A stretch of 64,000 nucleotides of DNA, from NCBI GenBank assembly GCA_963777605.1, contig CAVZRV010000028.1:64001-128000 (forward strand). The letters are read 5' to 3'. Position numbers and translations under genes: made by a program. The notes below the pieces were generated by a model. The model worked only from the letters and a program-made list of their open reading frames with translations. It searched no databases and was not told where the DNA came from. Position 1 is the first letter of the stretch. Every line of letters starts with the position of its first letter. Below, piece by piece: positions 11,256 to 23,429 of this stretch. This stretch comes from an uncultured Acidobacteriota bacterium. GTDB lineage: Bacteria > Acidobacteriota > UBA6911 > RPQK01 > JAPXNP01.

Positions 11256-14200
11256 ATGCGACAGATCTTGCGACCGAACCGTCTCTTCACCCTCTGTGCC
11301 CTGGCCATCATGTCACTCGCTGCCCTGGTTCTGATCGGGGCACGATCCCGTCCCTTTGGAGGCGGAGGGCCGGCCACCGTCCAGGCTGTGCTGGAGAGTG
11401 CCCCCTCACCAATTAGAGGAGAATACCTTCAAAAGATTCCGGAATTCCGACGACTTCTCCGGTCACCCGTTGAGATCGGGGAGATTGATCGATTGGCGAC
11501 CCCTCCCGGCTACCAGATCGCGAGCACAGGCGGGCGGATTATCTTCGCCCACATCGCTGACGGCGCCATTCAGGGTACCAACCAGTTCATGCAAACCTCG
11601 ATTACCGTCGTGAATGACTCCACCTACCCCGTCGCAGCCACGCTTCAGTTCTACGAAAATGCCGGAGGAGCACTCACGCTGACAATCGACAAAGTGTCCG
11701 CCTCGAGCTTCAGCTTTTCGCTCGTTCCCGGACAGATGAAGCGGCTGGTGACGTCCGGCACCGGGAGCGTCAAGAGCGGATGGGCTCTGCTTCGTTCCGA
11801 CCAGCCGTTGGCAGCGACCTGCAGCTTTTCCCTTCGCACGACAAGTGGCGGAATCCTGAGCGATGTCGGCGTCGAAGAATCGATCCAGAACACGGAATTC
11901 ACTCTCTTTGCCGATACTCTCGGCAATGCCGACACCGCCATGGCACTCGTCAACCCCGACGAGTCAAACACGGCCAACGTGACACTTGAACTCTACAATT
12001 CAACGGGTGTTGTCAAAGCCAGTACGGCTGTCACCCTTCAGCCCAGGGAGCACCTGGCGAAGTTCGTCACTGAACTCTTCCGCGGAACTTCCGGAATCGG
12101 TGAGTTCGAAGGTTCGCTTGTGGTTCAGAGCAACCGGCCCGTGACAGGAATCACTCTGCGGACCCTGGGCGCTCTCTTGACCTCGGTGCCCATGGTGCCG
12201 GCCCGGAATCCCAGGGATGCCGTCACAGAACTCGACTTTCCTCAAATCGCCGACGGAACCGCTGCCCCGCTCCGGATCGTCACCAGTGTCATTGTCTTCA
12301 ACAATGGAGCCGACCCGATAACGGGGACCCTGGAGTTCATCAAAGCCGACGGGAGCCCAATGGCCGTATCGATCGGCAACCAGACGGCGAGTTCGTTCGA
12401 TTTCAACCTGAATCCGCGAGGGGTGCGTCGCTTTCAGACCCAGGGAAGCGGTGCCCTCAAGACCGGGTGGGCACGGATCACCGCGGACGCCGGGGTTGCC
12501 GGTTCCGCGATCTACCAGATCCAAAATCCGGGGGCAGGCCAGGTCGTTACTGAAGTCGGCGTCAATGCGGCGCCGGGGACCAGTCCGATCAACGCGATTG
12601 CAGATTCGATTGCAGATGCGCGCACCGGTCTCGCTTTGGCAAACCGTAACCCGGATGACTCTACGGATGTAACCATCTCCCTGTACGACGGCAGCGGGGC
12701 AAAGAAGGCGGGGAAGGAGATTACCCTCGAGCCCCTGGCCCAACAGGCTCTGTTCCTGGACGAGTTCTTCAGCGAGGTCTCAGGGATTCAGGAACTGCTC
12801 GGCAGAGTGCTCATCAGTGGCGACGAAGGCACCGTGGCGCTCACCTTGCGCCAGACCGGCCTCCTGACGACTTCGGTACCCACGGTCAACCCGGTTCACG
12901 GCTTCGCCCCCGTCTCGGTTTTCGAGTTCATGCAGACCCTTACGTCGACTTCTCCCGCGGTCAGGTGGCGAATCGAACAGAGCGGGATTGACCTTGGGCT
13001 CAACCAGCTCAGCGCCTCCGCAACTGGCCTTGGGGCAAACCTGAACTTCCCGGCTGGATCTGAACTGGGGTACGGAGTCTACCTGTTGAAATATGGGTCC
13101 GTGATCTCAACGGGAGGCGTAGTCAAGCTCATTTCAACACGAACCGACTCACTGACATTCGACGTAGTGATTTCCGGAGAGAATATCGAGCCGGGTACCG
13201 TGCTGATGTCGGGAAAGATCACAGGGCAGGCGACGGGCAACCTGGTCATCGAACTCGGCCCAACGGGAGCTTCCAACGGCGACTGGAACTATGGTTTCGG
13301 CCTGGAACTGGATCTGCTGCTGCGGGATGGCCTGATCAACGCCCCCACACAAGCGGGAACCAGAACCATCGAAACAGTCTATACGTCGGCCTCGCAGAAG
13401 CTGACGGAGGATGCCGTCCGAATTGTGCGCACGACGACGCAGCCTCAGAGTTTCACGCCTGCAGCCGCGGGTTCGCCCTTCCTGACTTCTTCCCGCCCAC
13501 TCTACACGTCTCCAGGGGGGACCTTTGTGCTGCAGGGAGGGAACTTCGGTGCGGAACCGGATGTAACCTTCAAGCCCGATGGAAGCAGTGACCTGCCAGC
13601 GTTCTTCCCGACACTTGTTGATCAGGGGCTCGAGGTCTATGTTCCTACCGCCGCTCAAGCCGGAACCGTCCAGGTCTTCAATGGGCAGTCGGCTTCGAAC
13701 CAGCTGAAAACGCTGACCATCTACAGCCCGACAATGACGCTGGTCAAGGCAGCCGGATCCTCGGGCGACTCGTTTACAATTGACCTGACCTCCAGCCAAT
13801 CTCCGGTCCAGCTTGGCCTGGCAACGTTCCAGCTTTCACTTTTTGGAGCAGCATGGCCCGAGGTACAGGGCGCTGCGGGATCGGTCGTCGGATCTTTCAC
13901 AATCACGGGGGAAGCCCAGGCTGGACAGGCGGAGCAATTCGACGTCAGGCTCGAATCGAACCAGGCCGAGTCGATCAGCCTGGCCGTCCTGGAAGAGGGG
14001 GAAACGGATCCAGCTGGTCGGATCACCCTGTCCAAGGGAACGGGCACTTCGTCGGACGGAATTCTTCTGTTCTACGCTCCGCTGACCCTCAGCGACATCC
14101 CAAGAGTCAACGGATTCCCCACCTCTTTGGAGTTAGTCCTTGACGGCCTGGTTTTTGCCCCGTCAACGGCCGGATCCGAGGTCTACTGGGCTGCCGAGTC

Positions 14201-14276
14201 AATCTCGCTTCCGGCTTCGATCTTCGGGTCCGAGACCGGGATTCGCGCAGTTCAGGAGACCGCTCCGATCGAATAA
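11256..14276 (+). CDS. 1006-aa secreted/anchored protein with two copies of the uncharacterised module and an IPT/TIG-like domain
   Basis: RBS GGAGG, N-terminal hydrophobic helix, modules FAHIADG...TLRTLGALLTSVP and FPQIADG...TLRQTGLLTTSVP, and an IPT-like segment PGGTFVLQGGNFG. Confidence 0.8.
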   Translation: MRQILRPNRLFTLCALAIMSLAALVLIGARSRPFGGGGPATVQAVLESAPSPIRGEYLQKIPEFRRLLRSPVEIGEIDRLATPPGYQIASTGGRIIFAHIADGAIQGTNQFMQTSITVVNDSTYPVAATLQFYENAGGALTLTIDKVSASSFSFSLVPGQMKRLVTSGTGSVKSGWALLRSDQPLAATCSFSLRTTSGGILSDVGVEESIQNTEFTLFADTLGNADTAMALVNPDESNTANVTLELYNSTGVVKASTAVTLQPREHLAKFVTELFRGTSGIGEFEGSLVVQSNRPVTGITLRTLGALLTSVPMVPARNPRDAVTELDFPQIADGTAAPLRIVTSVIVFNNGADPITGTLEFIKADGSPMAVSIGNQTASSFDFNLNPRGVRRFQTQGSGALKTGWARITADAGVAGSAIYQIQNPGAGQVVTEVGVNAAPGTSPINAIADSIADARTGLALANRNPDDSTDVTISLYDGSGAKKAGKEITLEPLAQQALFLDEFFSEVSGIQELLGRVLISGDEGTVALTLRQTGLLTTSVPTVNPVHGFAPVSVFEFMQTLTSTSPAVRWRIEQSGIDLGLNQLSASATGLGANLNFPAGSELGYGVYLLKYGSVISTGGVVKLISTRTDSLTFDVVISGENIEPGTVLMSGKITGQATGNLVIELGPTGASNGDWNYGFGLELDLLLRDGLINAPTQAGTRTIETVYTSASQKLTEDAVRIVRTTTQPQSFTPAAAGSPFLTSSRPLYTSPGGTFVLQGGNFGAEPDVTFKPDGSSDLPAFFPTLVDQGLEVYVPTAAQAGTVQVFNGQSASNQLKTLTIYSPTMTLVKAAGSSGDSFTIDLTSSQSPVQLGLATFQLSLFGAAWPEVQGAAGSVVGSFTITGEAQAGQAEQFDVRLESNQAESISLAVLEEGETDPAGRITLSKGTGTSSDGILLFYAPLTLSDIPRVNGFPTSLELVLDGLVFAPSTAGSEVYWAAESISLPASIFGSETGIRAVQETAPIE

Positions 14277-14308
14277 CGTGAAAGGCACCGATCCTCAGGA
14301 GAATCAAT

Positions 14309-15148
14309 ATGAGATACAGCGGTTGGAACCCTTTGAAACTTCAGTCTGTCAGCACCCCCGTACGATACCTTGCCGGCATCGTAGCGATATTTCTTGCCGG
14401 CTGGTTCTACCTGGCCAACCTGGGTTGTTTCGGGACCTGGGAGGACCTTTCAACATTTCACATCAAGTTCACTCCGGCCTACTTCTTGATCGAACAGCCC
14501 GGGCAGTCGACATCAGTATTCACCGAACTGCTCTGGAGCAGTGCGGGGAGGAACCAAGAAGCCACTTCGTGGAGCGTCCTCCCGGGATTGCCTCCAGTCC
14601 TCGAATCCGCGAGCTGCAACCCGGATAGCGAGTCCGATTACACAAACCTTGCTCTGCAATTCAGTTCTGACGCCAGTTTGTTTGGAGCCTCCGATCTTTG
14701 GACGGCATCGGTTTCCAGTGCTTTCCAGGTTGGAGTAAAGGCAAGATTTGTCGATCCCCTCTGGAAAAGCCTCAGTGAAGGTCAAGAGGTTGTTATCGCT
14801 CGAACGGCCTATTTCCCGTTACGTTCCGGCGCCTCCCGTTTCATCGTTCGCCAGGACGGCTTCAATAGCAGGGGCAATGCCATTGTTTCAATCGAGGTCG
14901 AAAACCCGCTCGACGGATGGACTTACTTCTGCGAGGGCGAAGAAAAATCGATATCGAAAGAAGGAACCAGTTTCTGGGGCAGGATCGAGAGTCACCAACT
15001 CGACCCCACTGGACCCAATATCCAATCGACACCATTCGACAAATGGACCGCCGCCAAGGCCTGCGTGCGCCTCGTTCTGACTATGAAAAAGAACGGAGCG
15101 GTGGTCAAGACTGAAGTCCGGAACATCCCGATGCGGTTTGAAAGCTAA
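14309..15148 (+). CDS. Hypothetical exported/membrane-anchored protein
   Basis: RBS AGGAG, N-terminal hydrophobic segment, co-oriented between the large surface protein and the lgt-like gene. Confidence 0.6.
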   Translation: MRYSGWNPLKLQSVSTPVRYLAGIVAIFLAGWFYLANLGCFGTWEDLSTFHIKFTPAYFLIEQPGQSTSVFTELLWSSAGRNQEATSWSVLPGLPPVLESASCNPDSESDYTNLALQFSSDASLFGASDLWTASVSSAFQVGVKARFVDPLWKSLSEGQEVVIARTAYFPLRSGASRFIVRQDGFNSRGNAIVSIEVENPLDGWTYFCEGEEKSISKEGTSFWGRIESHQLDPTGPNIQSTPFDKWTAAKACVRLVLTMKKNGAVVKTEVRNIPMRFES

Positions 15149-15196
15149 GTTCGAGGTAACAATCACCATTACCACTCGAAACCCGGGGACGGCTGC

Positions 15197-15961
15197 GTGA
15201 GCCAACTTGTTCAGATCGCGGGGTTGGCCTCGGGCTTCCTGATAGCTCTCACCCTTTGGGTACGGAGTCGTCATCCCGTCGAACCCGCCCTGGTTCGGCT
15301 TCTCCTTGGGGCGCCCCTGATCTTTGTCGGGGGCAAGGGACTCTACCTCCTGGAACAGGGCACCTGGAGTCGGCAGGCACTGACGGACCCGGGCTACTCG
15401 GGGTTTGGAGCGCTGTTTCTGGTCTTGGCCTTTTGGATCGTCTCGTTTCGATTCCAGTCTGCTCCGCTTCTCGAGTTCCTCGATGTCGTCACGCCCGCCG
15501 CGGCAGTGGGCCTCTGTTTCGGTCGGATCGCCTGCTTTCTGCAGGGCTGTTGTGGGGGCGTGACCTGCGACTTGCCCTGGGCGATCCAGTTCCCCTCGAA
15601 CACGCCGCTGTTTGCCGGGCAGTTGGCCGAAGGCCTGGTACTCCCGTCGAGCCGCAATACGCTTCCGGTCCACCCTGTGCAACTGTACGAGGCGGCATTC
15701 ACTCTCCTGGCCGGTGCAGGGTTGCTCTGGATGTTGACCCGGAAGCAGCTGCGGCCAGGCCGGGTATTCTTCTGCGGGGCTCTCTGCTATGGGGTGTTTC
15801 GCTTCCTGGTGGAAGAACTCCGTTTTGACGGAGGTCGGCTCTTGTCACAGGGCGAAGGAAGCTGGGCTCAGTTCGCAGCGTTGGGGCTGGCCTTGTTCGG
15901 TCTCCTGGGGACCATACTGCTGACCCGAAAGCCGCACGCCAATTTCTTTCCTCGCTCGTAG
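15197..15961 (+). CDS. lgt: Prolipoprotein diacylglyceryl transferase family protein (divergent paralog)
   Basis: Multi-TM protein with GRIACFLQGCC, LPWAIQFP, HPVQLYE and FRFLVEELR motifs. Confidence 0.8.
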   Translation: MSQLVQIAGLASGFLIALTLWVRSRHPVEPALVRLLLGAPLIFVGGKGLYLLEQGTWSRQALTDPGYSGFGALFLVLAFWIVSFRFQSAPLLEFLDVVTPAAAVGLCFGRIACFLQGCCGGVTCDLPWAIQFPSNTPLFAGQLAEGLVLPSSRNTLPVHPVQLYEAAFTLLAGAGLLWMLTRKQLRPGRVFFCGALCYGVFRFLVEELRFDGGRLLSQGEGSWAQFAALGLALFGLLGTILLTRKPHANFFPRS

Positions 15962-16034
15962 AGAACCGGTTTTGTTTCCCGGCCCCGAACGGTCTCGTCG
16001 AACAGGTCCATGGGACTGCCGACCTTGATCCCAT

Positions 16035-16190
16035 TCAGCTACGCCTGCCACATGCCGTAGTCCGGAGCCCGGTACGGCCAGCAGCATCTGGTTGACGATC
16101 TCGATACGGATCGACTTCTGAAACGGCATCGCGCCGAGGGAGTTGTACGAATCGGCATCCTCCACGATGGCCCAAAAGCTGACCACTCAA
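16035..16190 (-). pseudogene. Possible remnant of a DUF2961/GH172-like gene
   Basis: Short stretch SYNSLGAMPFQKSIRIEIVN resembles the MPFxKSxRIEIxN motif of DUF2961 proteins; no full ORF. Confidence 0.25.
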
Positions 16191-16325
16191 GGTCCGTGGG
16201 CTGGTGGCCACCTGTCCGGGCAGCAAGCGGCGCCGCGTCCCAATTGTAAAGCACCCCGAAGACGGAGTAATTCACGGTCCCTTTTGCTTCCTCGGGATCA
16301 TCCCCCTCATAGCCGCAGACGTATT

Positions 16326-16437
16326 AGTCTGTCCCTTTTTTGCCAAGAAGAATTGAGGATGAGCCTGTCCCTTTTTGCTTGTTCGAAAACGAGCCTGTCC
16401 CTTGTTCGAGCTTTCGAGGACGAGTCTGTCCCTTTTT
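16326..16437. repeat. Cluster of four AG(T/C)CTGTCCCTT motifs
   Basis: Copies at ~16326, 16362, 16392 and 16423, spaced 30-36 bp, between convergent genes. Confidence 0.75.
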
Positions 16438-16517
16438 GGGAAGAGGGGGGCGATGGCTCGACCGGGATGCGTGCCGCTACGGGTGCTTCTCTGTGGCGGA
16501 GTCGGGGGCCGGGAGAG

Positions 16518-19500
16518 TCACTCGGACTGTTCCATCAACGACTTTGCAAGTTGGACGGCGTCGGCCATGTCGATCTTCCCGTCTCCATTCACATCTGCTC
16601 GTTCAGCAGGTGAAGGTTCGGGGCCGACACCCTGGAGGAAGCGCAGGATTGATACCAGGTCGCGCACGTCGAGTTGGTCGTCCCGGTTGAGGTCGCCGGG
16701 AACGATCGGCCGCGGAGTCGAATCAGCCAGCAGCGGGTCCGAACCCTTGTCGACCTCTTCGCCGTCGCCATAGCCGTCACCGTCGGAATCGGATGCCGAC
16801 GGGTTGCTCCCGATCAGCGATTCCGTCAGGTTGTCCAACCCGTCGCCGTCGTTGTCCTGATCGCTGTCGGCACGGTCCGGATCGAGGTCCGAGTGCCTCC
16901 TCGTATCCGTCAGGCAGAAGGTCCCCGTCCCGGTCGGCGTCGAGCAGAACGGGCAACACCACTTCGGAGAAACCGGGGATGTAGACCGACCCGTCGGACG
17001 ACCGAAGCTGGACCTGCAGAACGAGCTGTCCCAGCGTCTCGGGGCCGTTGAAGTTCACCGTCCACTCGAGGATGTTCGTCGCTCCGGCTGCCAGCGTTGG
17101 CAGGTCGCGGATCTGGTTCGAGTACACCACATCCGGGCCCAGTCCCGGAACGACGAGCTGAGCCGACAGCCCTCCGGCAGGAATGTTACTGAGATTTGAA
17201 ATGGATGCCCGGAGAGTGATTGCTGCCGGCACCCGGTTCAGAGTCGAGGTCGGTTGCCCCTCGGACAGCACGTCAACCGACTTGATCAGAACCGTAGCGG
17301 AAAGCTTCCCCTGTCCGTCCAGGTCAGTTCGAAACGCCTCCAGTTGGCTGACGTAAGCCGTGATCCCGGCTTCAAGTTCCTGGAGGCTGGCCAGGACGGA
17401 ATCCCGACGCACGGAATAGTCCGCTTCAGAGAGGATCCCGGCATTAAACACGAACCCCGTCAGACCCATGATCTTCCCGGCCACCGTCACCCGCAGGCTC
17501 AAGGAGGAATCGAAGAGCCCGGCATAACGGTCATTGAAACCCGGATCGTTGATCAGTTCACCGAGGCCGCTCAAAAGGGGCGCCTCCGCGACGCGAAGCT
17601 GAGCCTCGAACTGACCGGCCAACGGAAACAGGTCACCGGAGAGGTGATCGACCAGATCGTCAAACCGGTCCTGACGAATCAGGGAAGCGGCGGTGTCGAT
17701 GCTCTGGGCTAATTCCGCCTCAACCTGCGCGGTCTGCCGGGAAACACTCTCATGGACCCGAGCCGGAGGCCGTAACCCGGCTCTACTGGAAGTCGACTGG
17801 TGAACCTCCTTCTGGAAACTGGCCCAGTTGAAATGCCCGGGGAGAATTGCCTCCCACTCCCGCATGAGACCGACGTAGCGGCCCAAGAGGTCAAAGAACC
17901 GAACTCCCTTTCCAGCCTTCTCAAGAAGCGCAAGTACAGCGGCAAATTCCGAGAACGCGGCCCCCGCAATAAAAAGCACCGCCGCCGCTCCGGAGCAGCA
18001 ACCGCAGAAGCTGCGGCCAGAGAGGTGCCGATGAACTCCGACTTCACCTTTACCTTCTCGGTTGACGCTGAGGGCCGAGGACAGGAAATCTCTCCACCGA
18101 TGCGAGCTTCTGCTGGGTGAGGCGGCCGGAGAGTTGGATTGCCGAGAGGACGGTATTCGCTTCTTCCGGGAGACGGTCGCCGTTGGGACTGAAGATCGCG
18201 GCCGTTTCCACGGCCTTCCGCAATGATCCCTGGGTCTGCCAGGCAAAGTGGGCAGCCAACATCAGGCGAAACAGGTCGAGTCTCTCGGCACCTGCCTTGA
18301 CAAAGTTCGCCGGGTACTGATCCATGGCGCCGAGAACAAACAGCGTATTGAGAAACTCGTAGCGTGGCCGGATCCCCGGCACCTGCCAGAAGGTTCTTCT
18401 CCGACCATCCTCCTCAACTCGTTGGTATACTTGCCACTAGAATTCTCCGCGGCGGCCACGAGATCCGTGGCTGCATCACGACGGACCGACGATCCACGAA
18501 TCGGAATATCTGCCGCTGATCTTGTTGAACTGGCCTTTGAGCCCCTTGGCCAGCTTCTCGTTGAGTTTCCCCAGATTCACCAGATCGGCCAAGCAGGTCG
18601 ACGATGACCGCCTCGAGTTGATCGCTCATCTAGTCGGCATCGGCGGCGATGCTTCGGGCAGCACCGATCGCCAGCCAGAGCCGGTAGAGCCGCTCGTCAG
18701 TCGGTGTCGGTTCAACGGGGAAGGACTGCGCTAGGGCGATCGCGGCGGCGACTTCGTCGGCGTAGGGGCTCGTCCCAAGCTTGTCGATGAAAGGAAAGTT
18801 GAAACCTGCCACTCGGTCCACGTCGTAGACCCCGAGATCGCGCAAGGGTCCGGCAAGGTTGATCACGGCCTGCCGACGGTTGACGACTCCCATCTCGATC
18901 TTGGGAAGTTCCGCGTCGTCTTCAGAGACCGCTGCGGCCAGGCCGGCCGGTTCGCGCACCCCTTCGGCATCGGCCGGGGGTTCAGCATCGAAGGTATAAA
19001 CGCCGGGAGAGAGCGGAAGTTCGTAGATCCCGAAACTGTTAGACAAGTCGGTCGCAGTCTGTCCCTCGGCGCTCTCGGCGGTCACACGGACCAACTCGAG
19101 CGGGATCTCGGGACTGGACCCGAGAATCACGACCTTGCCCTTCCGAGAGACGCTGTACTGCTTCTGGTCGTCGGCCAGCAGGACCTCGCCCCCCGAACCG
19201 GTGTCGAAAAGGGAAGCGACGACCCGGATTCCGGTGACCGCCTCGGGGATGATGACACGGGTAACGGGATCGACCGTTCCGGACCCGCGGTTGACCGGCC
19301 ACTCGTAGTTGGACAGCTCGGGAATCGGGGGCAGGATCGCACCCGACTGGTCCTTCACGTCCACCCGAATCAGCCCGTGGTTAGTATCTCGGACCAGGTT
19401 GTACGCGACGTCCAGGTCGAACGCGATCTCCTCCCCCTTGGTCAGGGAGAGACCGGTCGGGGATCGATCGAGTCGATGCGAATCCGCTCGATCTGGTACT

Positions 19501-22500
19501 CGACTGACGGATCGGTCAGCGTTTCACCGCCGGAGCCCGACACGAGCAGGGCATCTACCGAGAGGAGATTGGTGTCGTTCGGGACGTCGAAGCTCACTTC
19601 GAAATCGACCGTCCCCAATCCCTCGCTCACGAATTCGAACGGCGGATCGACCAGAAGCTGCCCGTCCCCATGACGGATCTGAAGTTCGACCCGGCCCTGC
19701 GAGCCACCCGTCATCCGGTATCGGACCGTCGCATTGACCGTGACAGACTCGCCTCCCGTGAGCGGCGACTCGGGGTCGGGCGTCAAATCCAGAAACTCGA
19801 CGCTGTCCTCCCGCAGGTAGTGAAGCGGAAGCGAGATGGCGGTGATGTCGGCTGCACTGTCGGGCAGAAGCATGGCTACAACCGAAACGCTGCTGATCTC
19901 TTCCGTGACGCTCTGGGCCACAAGCGAGGCAAACTGGGCGACGGTTGCGGCGGATGTGACCGGCTGGGAAGCCTCCCCCAGCACCAGGTCGATATTGTTG
20001 TCCCTGAACACTCGAACGAAGAGAGTCCCAGAATCGTCGCTGGTCAACTCGTAACGGACGGAGAGGTTCGAGAAAGTGACAGTCCCGTCGGCCCCAACCA
20101 CTGGAAATCCGGAGGAAGCGTCGGGCGAGATCGAAAGGAACTCAACGGTGTCCTGAGGCTGGGCCACACAATTCGAGAACTCGGAGGTATTGTTATCCGG
20201 GTCGGTGGCTGTGGCAGTGAGGAAGTCACCGGCGTATGGAGAATCGAATTCCACATGTCCAGTAGCATCGGTAGTAACCGTCAGAGAACCCAGAAAATCC
20301 TGCCCCTCGCCATAGCCGGAAGGGTCACACGCGGCGTTTGAAAAGAACTGGATCCGGAACTGCGTATCGGGGCGGCTGTCGAGCGTCCCCCGGACGCCGC
20401 CAGGGCTGAAAGTCAGGACCGGGAAGTTCTGGCCTCAGGTTCCCATCCTGATCGTCCCAGTCATCATTTCGCGCGACCCCAGGCACGCCGGTATCTATCC
20501 CTAACCCCCCGTTCGCGAAGATGCTGTTGGTGAGGACGCCATTGCCTTCAGTGTCGCTGCCAAAGATCGAAACACCGGCCTTCCCGTTGAAACCGACAAT
20601 GTTCCCTTTGGCGGAATCCTCACCTCCCACCAAGGAATTCAAGCCAGTTAGCGCGACTCCCTCGAATAAGTTGCCAAGTGCGGTTCCGTCCAACCCGACG
20701 CCGATTCGATTGGACTGGATCGTGTTCCCACCGCCACTGAGACTTGTCGCGAGGATTCCCCTCTCAAGGTTCGAGGCAATCACGTTGCCGGCGCCTGGTG
20801 CCCCGATCACAACGTTGGTAGTCCCAGTTCCAATCCGAATCCCATCACGGCCATTTCCCCAAGCGAGGCTGCCTGTCAGATCTGTCCCGATATGGTTGCC
20901 CAGGATGAAGCTTCCAGGGCTTCCCGAGAGGTTGATACCGTCATAGGCCGCTGCCGCAACTATGTTCCCGAGGCCTTCACCCTCCCCGCCGATCGTACCC
21001 GGGGACCCGCTCAGCTCAATGCCATAGCTCCCGTTCCCAAGGGCGGCCGTCCCTAACGCGTCGGTCCCGACGAAGTTTCGTTGAATCAGCACTACGGAGG
21101 AGTCGATGACTTTGACCCCAGTTCCCTTAGTGGCGGAAACAACATTTCCCGAGCCAGGGGCCGCTCCCCCAATGGTGACTCCGTTGCTGTTTCTGATGTA
21201 GAGGCCGAGGTTCCATCCTAAAGGGGTATCTCCAGCATCGTCCGTTCCAACGAAGTTGTTTCGGATAGCAAGGTCTGAGGCCGAGTCTATCGAGATGGCA
21301 GTGCCGCGAAGCGTGTTGGCAAACACGTTTCGGCTTCCATATCCGAGTCCACCGATTGTGACTCCTGAAGCGGCCGCCACTTCGGAGCCGGACGGAAAAA
21401 TCCTGATCCCCTGATAGAGACCTCCCAGTACTTCGCTGCCGGTGGGATCCAGCCCGAACCAGTTGCCGAGAAACTCGATGTCCCCCGAGGTTTCTTTCCA
21501 GACAACAATACCGTCGCCGTTGCCTACAATCAGATTTCGGGCCGGCTCAACGGTTCCACCGATCACCACCTCGCGCACGTCATCGAGGCGCATGTCGGCG
21601 TCATCCACCTGGGTTGCGGTGGCGTCAGTGCCGACGTAATTGCCTTCGAACAATACGTCCGTGGTCTCCTTGACGATGACACCGGACCCTTCCCAAAGCG
21701 CCAGGCCGCGGACCACTGTGCCTCCAGAGTAAACCGCGATGTACGTCTGCATGTCGACGATGCCGCCGGAAGTCGTTCCGTCAATAACCGCACCTTCGCT
21801 CAAATTCGGGATCGGTCCTCCAGGAAGAACCTGCGTCACGGAGAAGTGGATGGCATCGAGTCCGGGGCTGGCATTCGACTCGTCAATCGCCGCCCAGAAG
21901 GTGCACTGATCGCCCGGGTCACTCGAGGAATCGCACCTGCCGTCTCCCTTCTTGTTGTCCCGCTCGTCGCTGGACCGATTGACCGTAAAGGTCCAGAACC
22001 GGGGTTGTTTCCGCAAAGCTCAGCCCCACGGGACCCCGTGAGAGGAGAACCCAGTCATCGAGGCTGTCCGGAGTCAAACGCATGGGGACCATCGCCACGG
22101 CAGCCTCGCTCAGAGAGAATGATGTGGACGCGAACTCTGGTGGAGAGGTTTCGCTCGAGGCCCGGGCTTGGATACCGCCCGCGCCCATGAAAACCTGGAC
22201 CTGGCCCAAGTCCGGCCCCATGAGGACCAACTCGTTTCGGGGCGAAGTCGAGAGGTTTCCCGCAGACAGTCGAAGATGACCCGGCTCACCTCGACTAGCC
22301 GCAAGAACGGCGGTCCCGGCAGGCAACTGAAGCAAAGGCTTCTCCCAAAACTCTCCAGATTTCCGATCGAAAGCCAACTGGCGAATCTCGCCCCGGGCGG
22401 TAAGTACCGCCAACTCCTTGCGGAAGTCCCCCGTGAAGTCTCCAACCGCCAGATCGATGGCCTCGGTCGGCATCGGAACGCTAATGAGGGTCGGCGACCC

Positions 22501-23429
22501 AGCCTCCGACCGGTAGCGAGCCGGGATCGAGAGCTCCCGGTCTCTCCGGATGATGCTGACCTCAGACCCGGCGGCCACTGCCAAGTCAATCGGGAAATCA
22601 CCGTCCAGGGCTCCGAGGGCAAGAGCCGAGATCCGGCTCGGAAATCGAATCTCTTCGGGTTCCTGGCGAAGGGCACCGCGGGGGCTTTGGAAAACGAGGA
22701 CGGTCGCTCCTCCTCTGCCGTCGATTCCCACCACGAGATCCGCAAGGCCGTCACGGCGGTTGACCTCCCCGCTGACGAGTGCGGTCACAACACCCGGAAG
22801 CTCAACCCGTTCCGGAGCGCCGAATCGTCCATCCCCTGAACCGGGCATCAGGAAAAGAGCGGCCTCGTCCGTGGCTACTACGACGAGATCGAGGTGCCAT
22901 CAGCATCGAAGTCGCCCGCAGCCATGAAGTTGGGAACGACAGGCGAGGACTGCACCATCGCCCCGGGCTCAAACGGGGTATCGGTGAAGACGCCCTCGGC
23001 CTTCCTTCGGAGTGCCTCCCGGCTGTTGGGATAGACCGCATCGACGCTCCCGCGGTGTAGAGCAACAATCCCACCATCCGGCCCGCCATACCCGCAAACG
23101 AGGTCGGGCATACAGTCCTCGTCGGAAATATCCCGACGTCAATGACAACGGATCGACCGATTGTGATGAAAGAAGAAACCGGAACGCGGGCTTCCCTTCG
23201 TACTCGGCTTCGACCGGCCGGCTCGACTGAAGGTTAATCCAGGGACGGCCCTGACCCATCGCACGGAGAACGGCGGAGGAAAGCTCTCCTCCGGACTTGC
23301 CCCAGCCAGACCCGTCCACAAGAAGGAAGAAGAAGGCAAAGGCAGAACCGCCCGGCAATCTTCGTCATCAAACTCGATCCGCCGCCGATCCGGCTCTTCT
23401 TTCTCCTCCGGCCGTTGTATCATGATCAC
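16518..23429 (-). CDS. Giant (~2300 aa) secreted adhesin-like protein split by many frameshifts: FG-GAP repeats, CSLREA/parallel beta-helix, Ig-like domains, helical region, TSP3-like Ca repeats and C-terminal dockerin
   Basis: Fragments show GDFDADG/GEVNRRDGLADLVVG (FG-GAP), TFTVNRSSD...CTFWAAIDESN (CSLREA), GNFVGTDxxG repeats, TATATDPDNNTSEFS, DSDGDGYGDGEE, and dockerin GDLNRDDQLDVRDLV...ADVNGDGKIDMADAV. Confidence 0.65.
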
